Notes under the pieces: generated by a model | Seen by the model: only the letters and a program-made list of their open reading frames with translations | Databases searched by the model: none | What the model was told of the DNA's origin: nothing | In this document: positions 18,234 through 27,626 of the stretch, piece after piece | How positions within the stretch are numbered: position 1 is the stretch's first letter | How the letters are laid out: each line of letters begins with the position of its first letter | Virus record (IMG/VR): IMGVR_UViG_3300012157_000001 | Span: 96,001 to 160,000 of that record | Length of the DNA stretch: 64,000 bases | Source of the DNA: a virus | Taxonomy: Duplodnaviria > Caudoviricetes | Direction: 5' to 3' (one strand) | Made by a program: the position numbers and the translations under genes

Positions 18234-18262
18234 ATGGTGCGTCCTTCCGCCGAAGCTGTCAA
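18234..18262 (-). promoter_or_regulatory. sigma70-type promoter
   Basis: TTGACA (18262-18257), 17 nt, CACCAT (18239-18234). Confidence 0.6.
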
Positions 18263-18267
18263 GGCCG

Positions 18268-18834
18268 TCAGGTGAGCCACTGCCAGATCGCGCCGGCCCA
18301 GCCGGCGTACCCGGCGACTGTCGGCTGAAGCCCGTCCGGGCCCCGCGGCAGCGTCAGGGCCGTTGCGGTCGGGAAGTAGCGACGGGAAGGCTTCCCGCGC
18401 GCCCTGGCGCCCGCTGGGGCCGTCGGCGGCCCAAGCCACATGGCCTGGGCTCCCGAGCGCTGGATCGCCACCGCGAGTCCTTTCAGTGCCGCCGCCTGCT
18501 TGGCCTTGCCGATGAGGTCCGGAGCGATGATGTCCAGCGCCACAACGACGACCGTCGGACGAAAAGCCGCGAGCTTGCTGACGAGCTCCGGGCGCGCGGC
18601 CCACTCCTCGGTGCGGGGCGGCCTTGTGCCCTGCGGGGGGAGCGCCACGTCGAAGGCGATTCGTTGGTCGCGCGCGAGCGCACGCAAGGGGGGAGCGAGC
18701 CCATGCGCGAACGCGCCGCCGAGGAGCAGCAAGCGAGTCTTCGCTTCTACCTTTGGACCTGGACGGCCTAGCCGCCGTGCTCGCCCGATGCCGGCGGCAA
18801 CGCCGAGTCCCCCGTAAAGCCAGCGTCGGTCCAT
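18268..18834 (-). CDS. membrane-anchored SGNH/GDSL-fold protein, catalytic motifs degenerate
   Basis: LLLLGGAF (for GDS), RPTVVVVAL, WLGPP, DGLQPT.AGYAGWA (for DGxHP). Confidence 0.6.
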   Translation of the reverse strand: MDRRWLYGGLGVAAGIGRARRLGRPGPKVEAKTRLLLLGGAFAHGLAPPLRALARDQRIAFDVALPPQGTRPPRTEEWAARPELVSKLAAFRPTVVVVALDIIAPDLIGKAKQAAALKGLAVAIQRSGAQAMWLGPPTAPAGARARGKPSRRYFPTATALTLPRGPDGLQPTVAGYAGWAGAIWQWLT

Positions 18835-18862
18835 CGTCGGTTGACGCCGACGCTACCGCACC

Positions 18863-19066
18863 TCAGTCGGCCGCGGCAAATTGAGCGTCACCGGCGCTCT
18901 CGGGAGGTACGCTATCTGCCGGCCCGGCGATGCAGACGCTCAGCGTCGAGCCGCATGCGTGGTTGCGTAGTTCCAAGGTGCCCCCGAGCCCGTTGTCTTG
19001 GTAGCCGACAATCGGCAGGCTTTCCCATGCGACCACCTTCCCGCAGCACGTGCACGTCTTCGTCAT
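18863..19066 (-). CDS. small Zn-ribbon protein
   Basis: CTCCG...LELRNHACGSTL. Confidence 0.55.
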   Translation of the reverse strand: MTKTCTCCGKVVAWESLPIVGYQDNGLGGTLELRNHACGSTLSVCIAGPADSVPPESAGDAQFAAAD

Positions 19067-19458
19067 CGTGAATCTTTCGTTGTAACCGACTCGATTAGGA
19101 CTAGCAAGGCCTCCGCCTGAACCGGCTGATCCTTGATGGCGTCGTGCAGCACCAGGGCCGCGTTTGGCGTCTCGTGCGCGCGCACGCCGCTGCCGAAGCT
19201 GTCGCGCTCGACCACGATCCGCGAGCCATTGTCCGGAGTCAGCTCGAACGTGTGACCACCCGCCGTGAGCAGCTCCACCGGTCTCAGGGCTGCCCGAATG
19301 GAAGACGGGAGTTCGTGGAGCACGTCCTCGTACTCTTCAAGCGCTTCGCGAATCAGCCAGAGCAGCGGCAGCTCACCGAGGGCAGCGCCGGCAATCGCCG
19401 CGAGGGCAGCGCGCCTATCGATCTCCGCTTGCGCTTCAGCAGCAGTCACTTTTCGCAT
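19063..19458 (-). CDS. hypothetical protein
   Basis: coupled ORF from MRKVTAAEAQ. Confidence 0.5.
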   Translation of the reverse strand: MRKVTAAEAQAEIDRRAALAAIAGAALGELPLLWLIREALEEYEDVLHELPSSIRAALRPVELLTAGGHTFELTPDNGSRIVVERDSFGSGVRAHETPNAALVLHDAIKDQPVQAEALLVLIESVTTKDSR

Positions 19459-19757
19459 TCCCGAGCGAGTGCGCCGAGGATGGCGTAAGGATCTGCGCTG
19501 CCTCGCTGCACACGCTCCGTGAGCACACGGACAGCACCTTCGAGACTCAGACCGCCGAGCGGCGTGCCGCGCGCAGCTTCTTTTGGATCGACCCACAAGT
19601 TAAAGTCGATAAGTACGTTCGGGCGCCGTTGCAGTTCCCGCGGCGGCAGACCGCGACAGTGTCGGCAGTACCGTTCAAGCGCCGCCTCGAACGTCTTCTC
19701 CCAACCGCCGAGCGCCCCGAATGCGACCTCGCGTTCGACTTCGTCCGAGGCGCTCAC
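19446..19757 (-). CDS. hypothetical protein
   Basis: GTGA coupling. Confidence 0.5.
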   Translation of the reverse strand: MSASDEVEREVAFGALGGWEKTFEAALERYCRHCRGLPPRELQRRPNVLIDFNLWVDPKEAARGTPLGGLSLEGAVRVLTERVQRGSADPYAILGALARECEK

Positions 19758-20185
19758 CCGCCTTCCTTCCAGGCGCGCACGCACCGCCTAACAGCATCTG
19801 CCACGTCGTCGGGAATGCGGAAGAAACCGAGTGCGCCTTTGCATGGGAGTGGCTCCGGCAGCGCAATGACATCCGCCAACGTCAGAGCGCCAGGGCCAAC
19901 GAAGTAGGGCGAGTCGTGCTCTTCGACAAAACCCGTGATCGTCATCGCGCCGACGATCGCGCCGCGCGGCAGCTCGCCGAGCGGAGGCACCCGCAGGCCA
20001 GCCACCTCCAGAATGAACGCCGCGGCGTCCTGGTACTCCCGCTTGCCGCAGCCGGACGAGGCGTGCAGCAGCACACGTCCCCGGAACAGTCGATTCGGGT
20101 TGTCCGGCTGCCAATCTCTGTTCTCGACGGGCTTGCCGTTCAGAATGGCGAAGGCCCATGGTTGCCGGACCGACAGGCCTCTCAC
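19754..20185 (-). CDS. ASCH domain protein
   Basis: LSVRQPWAFAILNGKPVENRDW...RGRVLLHAS...GAIVG...PLPCKGALGFF. Confidence 0.88.
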   Translation of the reverse strand: MRGLSVRQPWAFAILNGKPVENRDWQPDNPNRLFRGRVLLHASSGCGKREYQDAAAFILEVAGLRVPPLGELPRGAIVGAMTITGFVEEHDSPYFVGPGALTLADVIALPEPLPCKGALGFFRIPDDVADAVRRCVRAWKEGG

Positions 20186-20493
20186 GTCCCGCGCTCCACC
20201 GACCGGCGTCGCAATTTCCGCGCGATACGGATCCCGCGCAGAGCCGCGAGCAGTCGGCGTGCATCATCTCCGCTTTCCACGGCCGTGGACAGGCTGCCGG
20301 CGCGCACTAAGTACGCCACGCGCAGGCAGCCTGTACCCTCGCTCAGCGATTCGCCGGAGAGTGCCGCCATCGCGCGTTGACGATCGATCTCCCGAAACGC
20401 TTCCGGGTGCGCATGGAATGCGAGGTGACCCTCGTCGTCCATCTCGACAACATGCATCTCGTCGCCGCATCGGACGCGGTACCTGCGACTCAC
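20182..20493 (-). CDS. hypothetical protein
   Basis: GTGA coupling both sides. Confidence 0.5.
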   Translation of the reverse strand: MSRRYRVRCGDEMHVVEMDDEGHLAFHAHPEAFREIDRQRAMAALSGESLSEGTGCLRVAYLVRAGSLSTAVESGDDARRLLAALRGIRIARKLRRRSVERGT

Positions 20494-20762
20494 GGCTCCT
20501 CCGAATACCAAGGCTTCGGTCGGGGGGCCCACGCACAGTCGCACCAGAGACGCCGTTTGCACTCGCCCACGTCGTAGTCGCAGATGAGACTGTCTGCCTC
20601 GGCGTTGGGAAGGCAGTAGACGAGCGAGCGACCTAGCACGGGTCGTTCGCACGCCTGCATCGAGTCGTCTTCAACGAAGACGTCCCAGAGCCGCGCGTGG
20701 TGCGTCTCCCAGGCCACGAGCGCCAGGCCGACGGCTGCCGAGATGAACGCGATGCGCCTCAT
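20490..20762 (-). CDS. small secreted Cys-rich protein
   Basis: MRRIAFISAAVGLALVAW signal; ATGA coupling. Confidence 0.5.
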   Translation of the reverse strand: MRRIAFISAAVGLALVAWETHHARLWDVFVEDDSMQACERPVLGRSLVYCLPNAEADSLICDYDVGECKRRLWCDCAWAPRPKPWYSEEP

Positions 20763-22120
20763 GCAGCCTTTTCCTTCGGATCGCGAATCTTGAGCACACG
20801 CTTCGCGTATCGCGGCGGCGGGTAGTGCTCCTCCACACCCGAGTCTGGATTCAAGATTCCGATCACCAGCTGGCAGCCACGCGGCGGATCTGCGGGCCAC
20901 GGCGTGTAGCCATCCGTGAGTACGATGATGACGTTCGCGCGAAGCTTTTGCGCCGCCTCGATGCCGATACCCATATCGGTCCCGCCGCCACCGGCAAGCT
21001 CGACGTCGAACGCATTCGAGACACGCTGAACGCCGCCGTGAACCGCCGCGTCGCAGCAGAGCACCGGCACACGCCGCTGTCCGACCGCACGCAGGATGCC
21101 CTTGATTTCGATCAGTGCCCTGGCGAGCATGAGCTCACCCATCGATCCAGACGTGTCTACGACCACGGCCGCGTCCGGATTCGGCCGAACAAGCGCTGGC
21201 ATGAGCACGCCATGGAAGTTGCCGCGGCGAGCGATCTTCGCATACGAGTAGTCGCACATGCCCCGCGCCATCGTGACGGCGTTCTTCACGAGCGCCGAGA
21301 GCTCACGCTCCCAGGGCACCACCGGCGGTTCGAGCAGCGCCTCGGCCCAGCGCTTCCAGCCGGCGGGCACGTTGCCGCGCGCCGCGGCTGCCTGAATCTC
21401 GCGTGCTACCTGCTGGCGCAGCAGATCGCCCTCGGCTTCGCCAATGCCTGGCTCCTTAGTCGCACCGCCCGGCGCCGGGAGCTCGTACTCGCGCGGCACG
21501 CCGTGCGCACCGCTGCCGCAGTCGCACTTGTCCGGCATCGTGCCGCCGCCGCCTTTGCCGGATTTGCCCTTGCTGCCCAGAGCTCCCTTGCTACCACCGC
21601 CGCCTCCCGACGGCGGCGGCGGGTTCTTCAGGAGCATCTGATAGTACTCCTCCCAGAGCCGCCCCTCAGGATAACCGTACTTGTGCGGCATCGGCGGATC
21701 GCCCGGCAGCGGCATGCCCTCGTTCTTGAGGTCGTCGTTCAGCTCGCAGTCTTCCGCTACGTTGACCAGATGGCGCGTCTGCTCCTGCTGTTCGAGCGGC
21801 GCCGCACACAACACCATGTCGGCGCGTTCATGGTGCTTTCTGAGCCAGTGTCCAATTTCGTGCACGAGCACGCTCGCCGCCTCCTCGACGGACCATTTGT
21901 CCTGCGGCACACCCGTGCCGATGTGGATCCTGTTCGGATCGATGTAAACCCGGCCGTACTTGTCCACGGCCATAGTGAGCGGCATGAGGATGCCGCCGCC
22001 AAGATCGACCATCGTATTGGGGCGCGGCACGAGATGCATCGCGAAGAGCGCCGTCGCGAAGTACGGTCGCTTGTGCGCCGCAAGGAAGCGAACCGTTGCG
22101 ATCTTCGTCTTGTCGTCCAT
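20759..22120 (-). CDS. DUF2201-type metallopeptidase + VWA domain protein
   Basis: TMAVD, VLVHEIGH, N.AEDCELND, VVVDTSGSM, GGGGTDM, VLTDGYTPWP. Confidence 0.88.
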   Translation of the reverse strand: MDDKTKIATVRFLAAHKRPYFATALFAMHLVPRPNTMVDLGGGILMPLTMAVDKYGRVYIDPNRIHIGTGVPQDKWSVEEAASVLVHEIGHWLRKHHERADMVLCAAPLEQQEQTRHLVNVAEDCELNDDLKNEGMPLPGDPPMPHKYGYPEGRLWEEYYQMLLKNPPPPSGGGGGSKGALGSKGKSGKGGGGTMPDKCDCGSGAHGVPREYELPAPGGATKEPGIGEAEGDLLRQQVAREIQAAAARGNVPAGWKRWAEALLEPPVVPWERELSALVKNAVTMARGMCDYSYAKIARRGNFHGVLMPALVRPNPDAAVVVDTSGSMGELMLARALIEIKGILRAVGQRRVPVLCCDAAVHGGVQRVSNAFDVELAGGGGTDMGIGIEAAQKLRANVIIVLTDGYTPWPADPPRGCQLVIGILNPDSGVEEHYPPPRYAKRVLKIRDPKEKAA

Positions 22121-22122
22121 GT

Positions 22123-22335
22123 TCAGTTTAGCCTCTGTTGGGGGTCCGGCTGCACGAGTGCCTTGATGAGCTTCCTTTGTGACTCGATCAGCTGCATGTC
22201 CGCCTCTCGCGCGCGCTTGTAGGTGGCGACACTTCTCCGGTACGACTCTATCGTTTTCCCGTAGCTCCGTCGGACGACAAGGGTGAGGATCAGCGACGCG
22301 ACTGCGACCGCAAGCGTGAATAGATTGAGCAGCAT
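22123..22335 (-). CDS. small membrane protein
   Basis: N-terminal TM plus coiled coil. Confidence 0.5.
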   Translation of the reverse strand: MLLNLFTLAVAVASLILTLVVRRSYGKTIESYRRSVATYKRAREADMQLIESQRKLIKALVQPDPQQRLN

Positions 22336-22353
22336 TAGCCTCTCGTTCTTACG

Positions 22354-22818
22354 TCAGAGCCAGCGGCTCGCTTCCTCGCAGAGCTCGTAGCAGCGCTTCC
22401 TGGCGCGCTCGATCCCGAGCACGATCCGCAGCGCGACATCGACGTCGGTTCCGGCGCGGTGCGCAAGTTCCTTTGCCGCGAGGCCAGCGTCCATGTGGCG
22501 TCGAGAAGCGCCGCGCGCCGGATGAATCGTCACCAGCGGCGTAGGCTTTGTGTCGAAGGTGCCGTCCGGGTACGCGCTCTTCAGCGCCAGATGGATGTGG
22601 ACAGTCGCGCCGCGCCGGAGCGCGACTCGGATGTAGTCGCGCCCGGCCTTGCTCCTGCGGAGATCCCGCACCGCTTCGATGAGCCCACACTTTCCGAGCG
22701 AGAGGCGCACGTCCCGGTAGTTGCCGAGCCCCTTACGGAGGAGGGCCTCCACTGGCTCGCTACCGGTGCCGCCGCTCAGCGCGGCTACCGCAACTTCTCG
22801 TCGTAGATTCGCCTTCAT
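22354..22818 (-). CDS. hypothetical protein
   Basis: ATGA coupling. Confidence 0.5.
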   Translation of the reverse strand: MKANLRREVAVAALSGGTGSEPVEALLRKGLGNYRDVRLSLGKCGLIEAVRDLRRSKAGRDYIRVALRRGATVHIHLALKSAYPDGTFDTKPTPLVTIHPARGASRRHMDAGLAAKELAHRAGTDVDVALRIVLGIERARKRCYELCEEASRWL

Positions 22819-23081
22819 CCTGAGAACTCCTCGTCCGGGCGCACCAGTTCGTTCCGGTCCTGCTCAAACGTCTCTGCCGTTGGGCCGTCGAGCACGATCA
22901 CCAAGGCGTCGCGCCGAGCATGAAAGAGAATGCCCGTAGGACGGCGCACCACGCGGCCCGGAGTCCGAAGGCCGACGCTGTCGATGCTCAGGCCTATCTG
23001 GACTTCCTTCGGTGCGAGTCCACGTGCCTCACAGAACCGAAGGAGGTCCAGCAGCGTCAGCCTTTTGCCGTCCAATCGCAT
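22815..23081 (-). CDS. hypothetical protein
   Basis: MRLDGKRLTLL; TGATG coupling with the AAA gene. Confidence 0.5.
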   Translation of the reverse strand: MRLDGKRLTLLDLLRFCEARGLAPKEVQIGLSIDSVGLRTPGRVVRRPTGILFHARRDALVIVLDGPTAETFEQDRNELVRPDEEFSG

Positions 23082-24253
23082 CAGATGATCCCTGCCGCTT
23101 TCAGAATCGGCACGAACGCCGAGACCTCCTTCGGCAGCTTGGTGTCGCCCGGTCGGTTCTGCGCGAGCAGCCGCGCGCTCGACGCAGCAACGTCCGGACG
23201 CTGCTGCGTCGTTGCCTTCGCGAGCACGGCCCAGCCCGCGTTCCACCGCTTCGGTGTGTTGTTCGCGAGAACGACCGCAACCACGGCCGTGAGCACGGCG
23301 AACGCGCGGTCTCCACGCTCCGGCAGCTTGAGCGACTCCGGGTTCGCCAGCACCACCTCCGGGTCCGGTAGGTCGAGCTCGCTGATGTACTGAACGAACT
23401 CCAAACCAGCTCCGGGGCCTACGCAGCCGCCAACGCACTGCACGAGCACGTCGTGCGGGAGCGCGCCCCTCGTGTCGCCGACGCCGTAGCCGATCGCCTT
23501 GCACGCGGCGATGAGACGCTCCGCCATCGTCCACGACCGAAACGTCGGAAACGGCTTCGACCGCAGCGCGGCTTCGTCGGGCATCTTGACGATCGCATCC
23601 GGCCGAGCGTTTGCGAATGCGGCCACCATGGTCCGCGCCCATGGCAGGTTCTTCTCCCACTCCTTCGGCAGCTCGGCGCCGCAATCCGGATCCGGGAACC
23701 CGGCGATGTGCTGCTGGTTCCAGTACGCGACGGGCATCTCCCATCCGAGCTGGCAGAACCGGTTCGAGAGCGGCGCCGAGAGCTCGTAGCCGCTCTCAGC
23801 GATCTCCGGCGGGTTCATCGCAACGACCGTGGCGAGGTTCTTGATCTCCACCTCTCCCCACACACCGTCGGTCACACCGCGCATCGTTGCCGACCGCGTA
23901 GCCGGCGCGCCGTTCGAGAACTCGTCGAGGAACAGGCCGGGGCGCTTCGCCCTTGCGAGACGTCGGAGCCAGCGGAGCGGCACCATGTCCACGCAGCGGC
24001 CGTCCTCTGACCGGCGCTCGATCACGTGACCGTCCTTCCCCGTCTCCGCAACGGGAACGTCCGGAACGGGAAACCCGCCGTACTCCGTCGGCTCATGCAA
24101 CGCGACGATCGAGAGCGCATGGTCGTCGCACCATCTCTTGAACAGCGTCCGCACGATCGCTGTCTTCGCCTCTCCCACGCCGCCCTCTAAGAGCGCCGGG
24201 ACTTGGGTCTGGATGCAGAGTGACAGCGCCTTGATCTTGGACTCGAAGTTCAT
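23081..24253 (-). CDS. MoxR/AAA_5-type ATPase
   Basis: Walker A-like GGVGEAKT, Walker B LFLDEF, AMNP, LSAPLSNRF, FPTFRSW. Confidence 0.85.
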   Translation of the reverse strand: MNFESKIKALSLCIQTQVPALLEGGVGEAKTAIVRTLFKRWCDDHALSIVALHEPTEYGGFPVPDVPVAETGKDGHVIERRSEDGRCVDMVPLRWLRRLARAKRPGLFLDEFSNGAPATRSATMRGVTDGVWGEVEIKNLATVVAMNPPEIAESGYELSAPLSNRFCQLGWEMPVAYWNQQHIAGFPDPDCGAELPKEWEKNLPWARTMVAAFANARPDAIVKMPDEAALRSKPFPTFRSWTMAERLIAACKAIGYGVGDTRGALPHDVLVQCVGGCVGPGAGLEFVQYISELDLPDPEVVLANPESLKLPERGDRAFAVLTAVVAVVLANNTPKRWNAGWAVLAKATTQQRPDVAASSARLLAQNRPGDTKLPKEVSAFVPILKAAGII

Positions 24254-24275
24254 CGTCGTCGGTTCCCTTTCTTTA

Positions 24276-24566
24276 TCAGACGGCAGCAGTGCTGCCAGAG
24301 TTTTCGCCGCGCAGCAAGCCCATCGCGAGATCCAGCACTTCCGCGCCCGGATCGCCCAGCACCCGCCAGACCACCAGGGCCACCGGGCGGCTCGGCCTCC
24401 GCGACCAGTCCCGGATGTCCGCCGCCGCCTCGGCCAGTTCCTCGGCCGATAGGCCGTGACGCGCCGCGGCCGCTGCGATGCGTTCCGCGTCTACGCTCGG
24501 CCTAGTTTCTAGGTCGCCCTTCCGGAGCGCCCGGTCGATTGCTGCCAGTGCTGCCATGCTAGCCAT
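24276..24566 (-). CDS. hypothetical protein
   Basis: RBS GGAAGGA; operon head. Confidence 0.5.
   Translation of the reverse strand: MASMAALAAIDRALRKGDLETRPSVDAERIAAAAARHGLSAEELAEAAADIRDWSRRPSRPVALVVWRVLGDPGAEVLDLAMGLLRGENSGSTAAV
24539..24557 (-). promoter_or_regulatory. tandem GRCAGCA operator-like motif (copy D)
   Basis: ATGGCAGCACTGGCAGCAA; an inverted pair GGCAGCA-G-TGCTGCC also at 24282-24296. Confidence 0.4.
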
Positions 24567-24707
24567 TCCTTCCTACGCCCGCGCCGTACCGAACCTTCCC
24601 CGGTGGGTAACGCAGGTTAGACGTAGCGACCGGTCCGTTTATTCAGTAGCGCCAGTGGTAGCAGTGCAGCCACTCCCGCATGGGGGCACCGGTCCGCGGT
24701 GATTGGT

Positions 24708-25826
24708 TCACAGGCTCGTCTGACAAGGTCCCGCTGTACCGGCCGTGCCGCCCGCCGTTCCGACCGCGGCGCCGCCAGGCCCTCCCGCGGCGCCGGTGAT
24801 CACGGTGCAGTAATTATTGTTGATGTCCCAGAGCACAATGAGGCCCCCGTCGCCACCGTTTCCCCCGTCGCCACCGTTGAGGGATCCGGTCCCGCCGACA
24901 CCGCCTCTTCCGCCACTTGCATTGATCCAATTCACCCCTGGGGCTGATCCGAGAAGCTCTTCGTACACGATAAGGATGACACCGCCACCGCCACCGCCAC
25001 CCGCGCCGCCGCCACCCTTGGATCCGGCGCTCGCGTTGCCTCCCGCACCGCCTATTTGGCCTCCAGCAAAGATCGTGTCCGCGATAGTCAGAGGGCCTCT
25101 CTTGATCTTCCTCGCGAAGATTGCGATCGTAAATCCAGCGGCGCCCCCCGCTCCCGCTCCGGCGCCGCTTGCACCGTCCCCGCCGCCGCCGCCACCTCCG
25201 GCGCCGCCAGCACCAGGACGGCCGGCGACTGCTCGCACGGCAGTACCGGTAACGTAGTTTCGAAAGAGGTTCGCGACGACGTGATCGAGTCTCGGTCGCG
25301 CGAGGCACACTCCTCCCGCGCGGGCGATGCCTCCGATGCCGGAGCTCCCGTCTCCGCCCTTACCGCTCGCACCTCCGTTTCCCCCTAACCCTGTGTTCTG
25401 GTTTGCCGGAGCCACTGCTTGCACGCCAGCGGCGATGCCGCCGGCACCGCCCGTGCTCCCGCCGCCTCCTCCACCGGCCGTGTTACCGTCTACGTCGGGA
25501 CGGCCCGCTGGGGCTATGCCGCCAGCGCCGCCCGCAGCTCCGGCAGGTGCGGGGGACGCTGCGGGGGTGTTTTGGATGGTGCCAGGTATCACCCCGGCTT
25601 GTGATAGGTCGAGCGTGTCGTTCACGTAGAGGTTGTAGGTGACCATCACGATCTGACTGCCGCCGGGTACCTTCGTGACGTTTCGCCAGAACTCGTCTCC
25701 CCCTAAGTTGTGGTTCGAGCCGGTACTGACGACGAGGTTACCGCTATTGCCGCTCCCGAAGATCATGCTTCGAAAGCAGTTTGGGACCAGGTTCCCTTCG
25801 ATCTGAACGTCGCGGATGATGTTCAT
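24708..25826 (-). CDS. glycine-rich fibre/structural protein (paralog 1)
   Basis: long GxG runs; SMIFGSG..G, IFARKIKR, ILIVYEELLGS shared with the next ORF. Confidence 0.75.
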   Translation of the reverse strand: MNIIRDVQIEGNLVPNCFRSMIFGSGNSGNLVVSTGSNHNLGGDEFWRNVTKVPGGSQIVMVTYNLYVNDTLDLSQAGVIPGTIQNTPAASPAPAGAAGGAGGIAPAGRPDVDGNTAGGGGGGSTGGAGGIAAGVQAVAPANQNTGLGGNGGASGKGGDGSSGIGGIARAGGVCLARPRLDHVVANLFRNYVTGTAVRAVAGRPGAGGAGGGGGGGDGASGAGAGAGGAAGFTIAIFARKIKRGPLTIADTIFAGGQIGGAGGNASAGSKGGGGAGGGGGGGVILIVYEELLGSAPGVNWINASGGRGGVGGTGSLNGGDGGNGGDGGLIVLWDINNNYCTVITGAAGGPGGAAVGTAGGTAGTAGPCQTSL

Positions 25827-26932
25827 AGATTGGACGTCGTGACGGCTCCGAGTCCGCCAGTACCTCCGATGAGCCCAGACGCCGCGCTGCCGCCGCTACC
25901 GTTCACTCCTATGACGATCGTGAACACGCCGGTTTTGATGTTGCAAAGCACGATGACGCCGCCGCCTCCGCCAGCCGCACCGTTGCCGCCGGCATTGGTG
26001 CCGTCACCGCCGTCACCGCCGTTGCCGCCGGAAACATCGAGCCACGCAGAAGGTGGAAGAGAACCGAGAAGCTCTTCATACACGATGTAGATGACGCCTC
26101 CGCCACCGCCGCCGCCTGCTCCGCCTCCACCGCGCGTGCCCGCTGGGGCAGTGCCGCCTTTTCCGCCCTTGAATCCTATTGCTTGGATGCACCCCGCTGG
26201 AGTATCGGCGTCCCGCTTGATTCTGCGCGCGTAGATCCAAATGTCGCCTGCGCCGCCCGCTCCGCCGCCCCCGCCGGCCCCAGCAACGCCACCGCTACCG
26301 CCACCGCCACCGCCGCCGGCACCGCTAGCACCACCGCGTACGGGAATGGCCCGAACCGCTGTCGTGATGGCGTAGACGACGAACGGGGACGTGAGGACGC
26401 GAAAGATTCTCGGTATGCCGGTGATGATGCCGCCGGCTCTCGCGCCTCCGCCTGCACCCGCAGTTCCGGCGCCTCCGGCACCACTGGCTCCGCCACTTCC
26501 ACCGCGGCCTCCGATGAGGTTCGTGACGATGCCCCCTAGGCCCCCGGTCGTTGCGCCGCCGGTGCCGCCGATCGTTCCTGGATTCGTACCACCGAGAGTC
26601 GAGCCGTCCACTTCTGCGAGCGCCGCGCCAGCCGTGCCGGCTGTGGCGGTCGCGCCGCCGGTGCCGCCGGTACCGGCGATGTTATTCGTGTTGATGGCTG
26701 CGATGGGTGCGACAGAGAGGTCGAGCGTGTCTCGGACGTAGATCGTAGAGAGACCAGGTTGAAGAGCGCCGGTCCCCGAGATGGTGAGGTTTTCGGCGTA
26801 CAAGTCCTGCGCAAGCAGAGTCGTGCCGGCGGCGATGGCTTGGTCGCCGTCTAGGCCACTGCCGAAGAGCATCGAGCGCGCAACGTTCGGTACGAACGTC
26901 GGGTCGATCTGTTTTCCTTGAATGAGTGGCAT
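25823..26932 (-). CDS. glycine-rich fibre/structural protein (paralog 2)
   Basis: SMLFGSGLDG, IYARRIKR, IYIVYEELLGS. Confidence 0.75.
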   Translation of the reverse strand: MPLIQGKQIDPTFVPNVARSMLFGSGLDGDQAIAAGTTLLAQDLYAENLTISGTGALQPGLSTIYVRDTLDLSVAPIAAINTNNIAGTGGTGGATATAGTAGAALAEVDGSTLGGTNPGTIGGTGGATTGGLGGIVTNLIGGRGGSGGASGAGGAGTAGAGGGARAGGIITGIPRIFRVLTSPFVVYAITTAVRAIPVRGGASGAGGGGGGGSGGVAGAGGGGGAGGAGDIWIYARRIKRDADTPAGCIQAIGFKGGKGGTAPAGTRGGGGAGGGGGGGVIYIVYEELLGSLPPSAWLDVSGGNGGDGGDGTNAGGNGAAGGGGGVIVLCNIKTGVFTIVIGVNGSGGSAASGLIGGTGGLGAVTTSNL

Positions 26933-26947
26933 CCGGCGCGACCCTAC

Positions 26948-27541
26948 CTATGACGACACGTCGTAAAAGAAGCTGACCTGATCCTTAGTCGCGTCAAGGT
27001 TGAAGCCGGCCACGCTCATGTTCCAATAGAGAAAGTCTCCTGCGACGACGTCCCGAAGCAACCGCGCCGTGACTCCTCCGTCGCCTGAGAAGTAGCAGTC
27101 GACTCCTACTTTCGTGCCATCGCCTACGATGTACGGGAACGCCGGGTTTATGCCCACGCCGATATATCCTCCGTTTGCTGAGGATGAAGCCGGAGTGAGG
27201 GCAACCGGCGTTGGACACGCTAGGTCCCCGTCCACCGTAGTGGTCGCAGCTGTCATGCCCTTATTCGCGGTAGTCGGCGTTGCGTTTACGGTAGGCCCCG
27301 AGGACGACGCAGCGAGCCATCGACCTGGGCCATTCAATGGTGCAAGCACCAGGTTTCCGTCGGGCGCAGCGGTGCTCTGCTTGTCCAGGCGGTAGGCGAG
27401 CTGAGCTTCGATGCAGTAGACGACCGCGCCGTCCGCGAGCGGCGTCGTGTTGAGTCCGACTACGCTCGACCCCGGGTCTCCCGCCTTCGTGAGACGCGGG
27501 CTCAGGATCATCAGCGCTGGCGGAAAGTCCTGGTAGCTCAT
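26948..27541 (-). CDS. putative structural protein
   Basis: beta-rich; DGNLVLAPLNGPGRWL tail-fibre-like motif. Confidence 0.55.
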   Translation of the reverse strand: MSYQDFPPALMILSPRLTKAGDPGSSVVGLNTTPLADGAVVYCIEAQLAYRLDKQSTAAPDGNLVLAPLNGPGRWLAASSSGPTVNATPTTANKGMTAATTTVDGDLACPTPVALTPASSSANGGYIGVGINPAFPYIVGDGTKVGVDCYFSGDGGVTARLLRDVVAGDFLYWNMSVAGFNLDATKDQVSFFYDVSS

Positions 27542-27626
27542 GGTTTCTCTCGTTGTGGAAGCCAGGCCAGCCGCCAAGGGTAGCGCCGCGATGGAGAGCC
27601 GCGCTACTTTTGTGCCCCGGGTTCAC

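Noticed and set aside
19058-19067. GATGACGAAG shared between the array (around 49281-49290) and the start of ORF 18863..19066
   Set aside because: Only 10 nt, partly repeat-derived and at the guide-distal end
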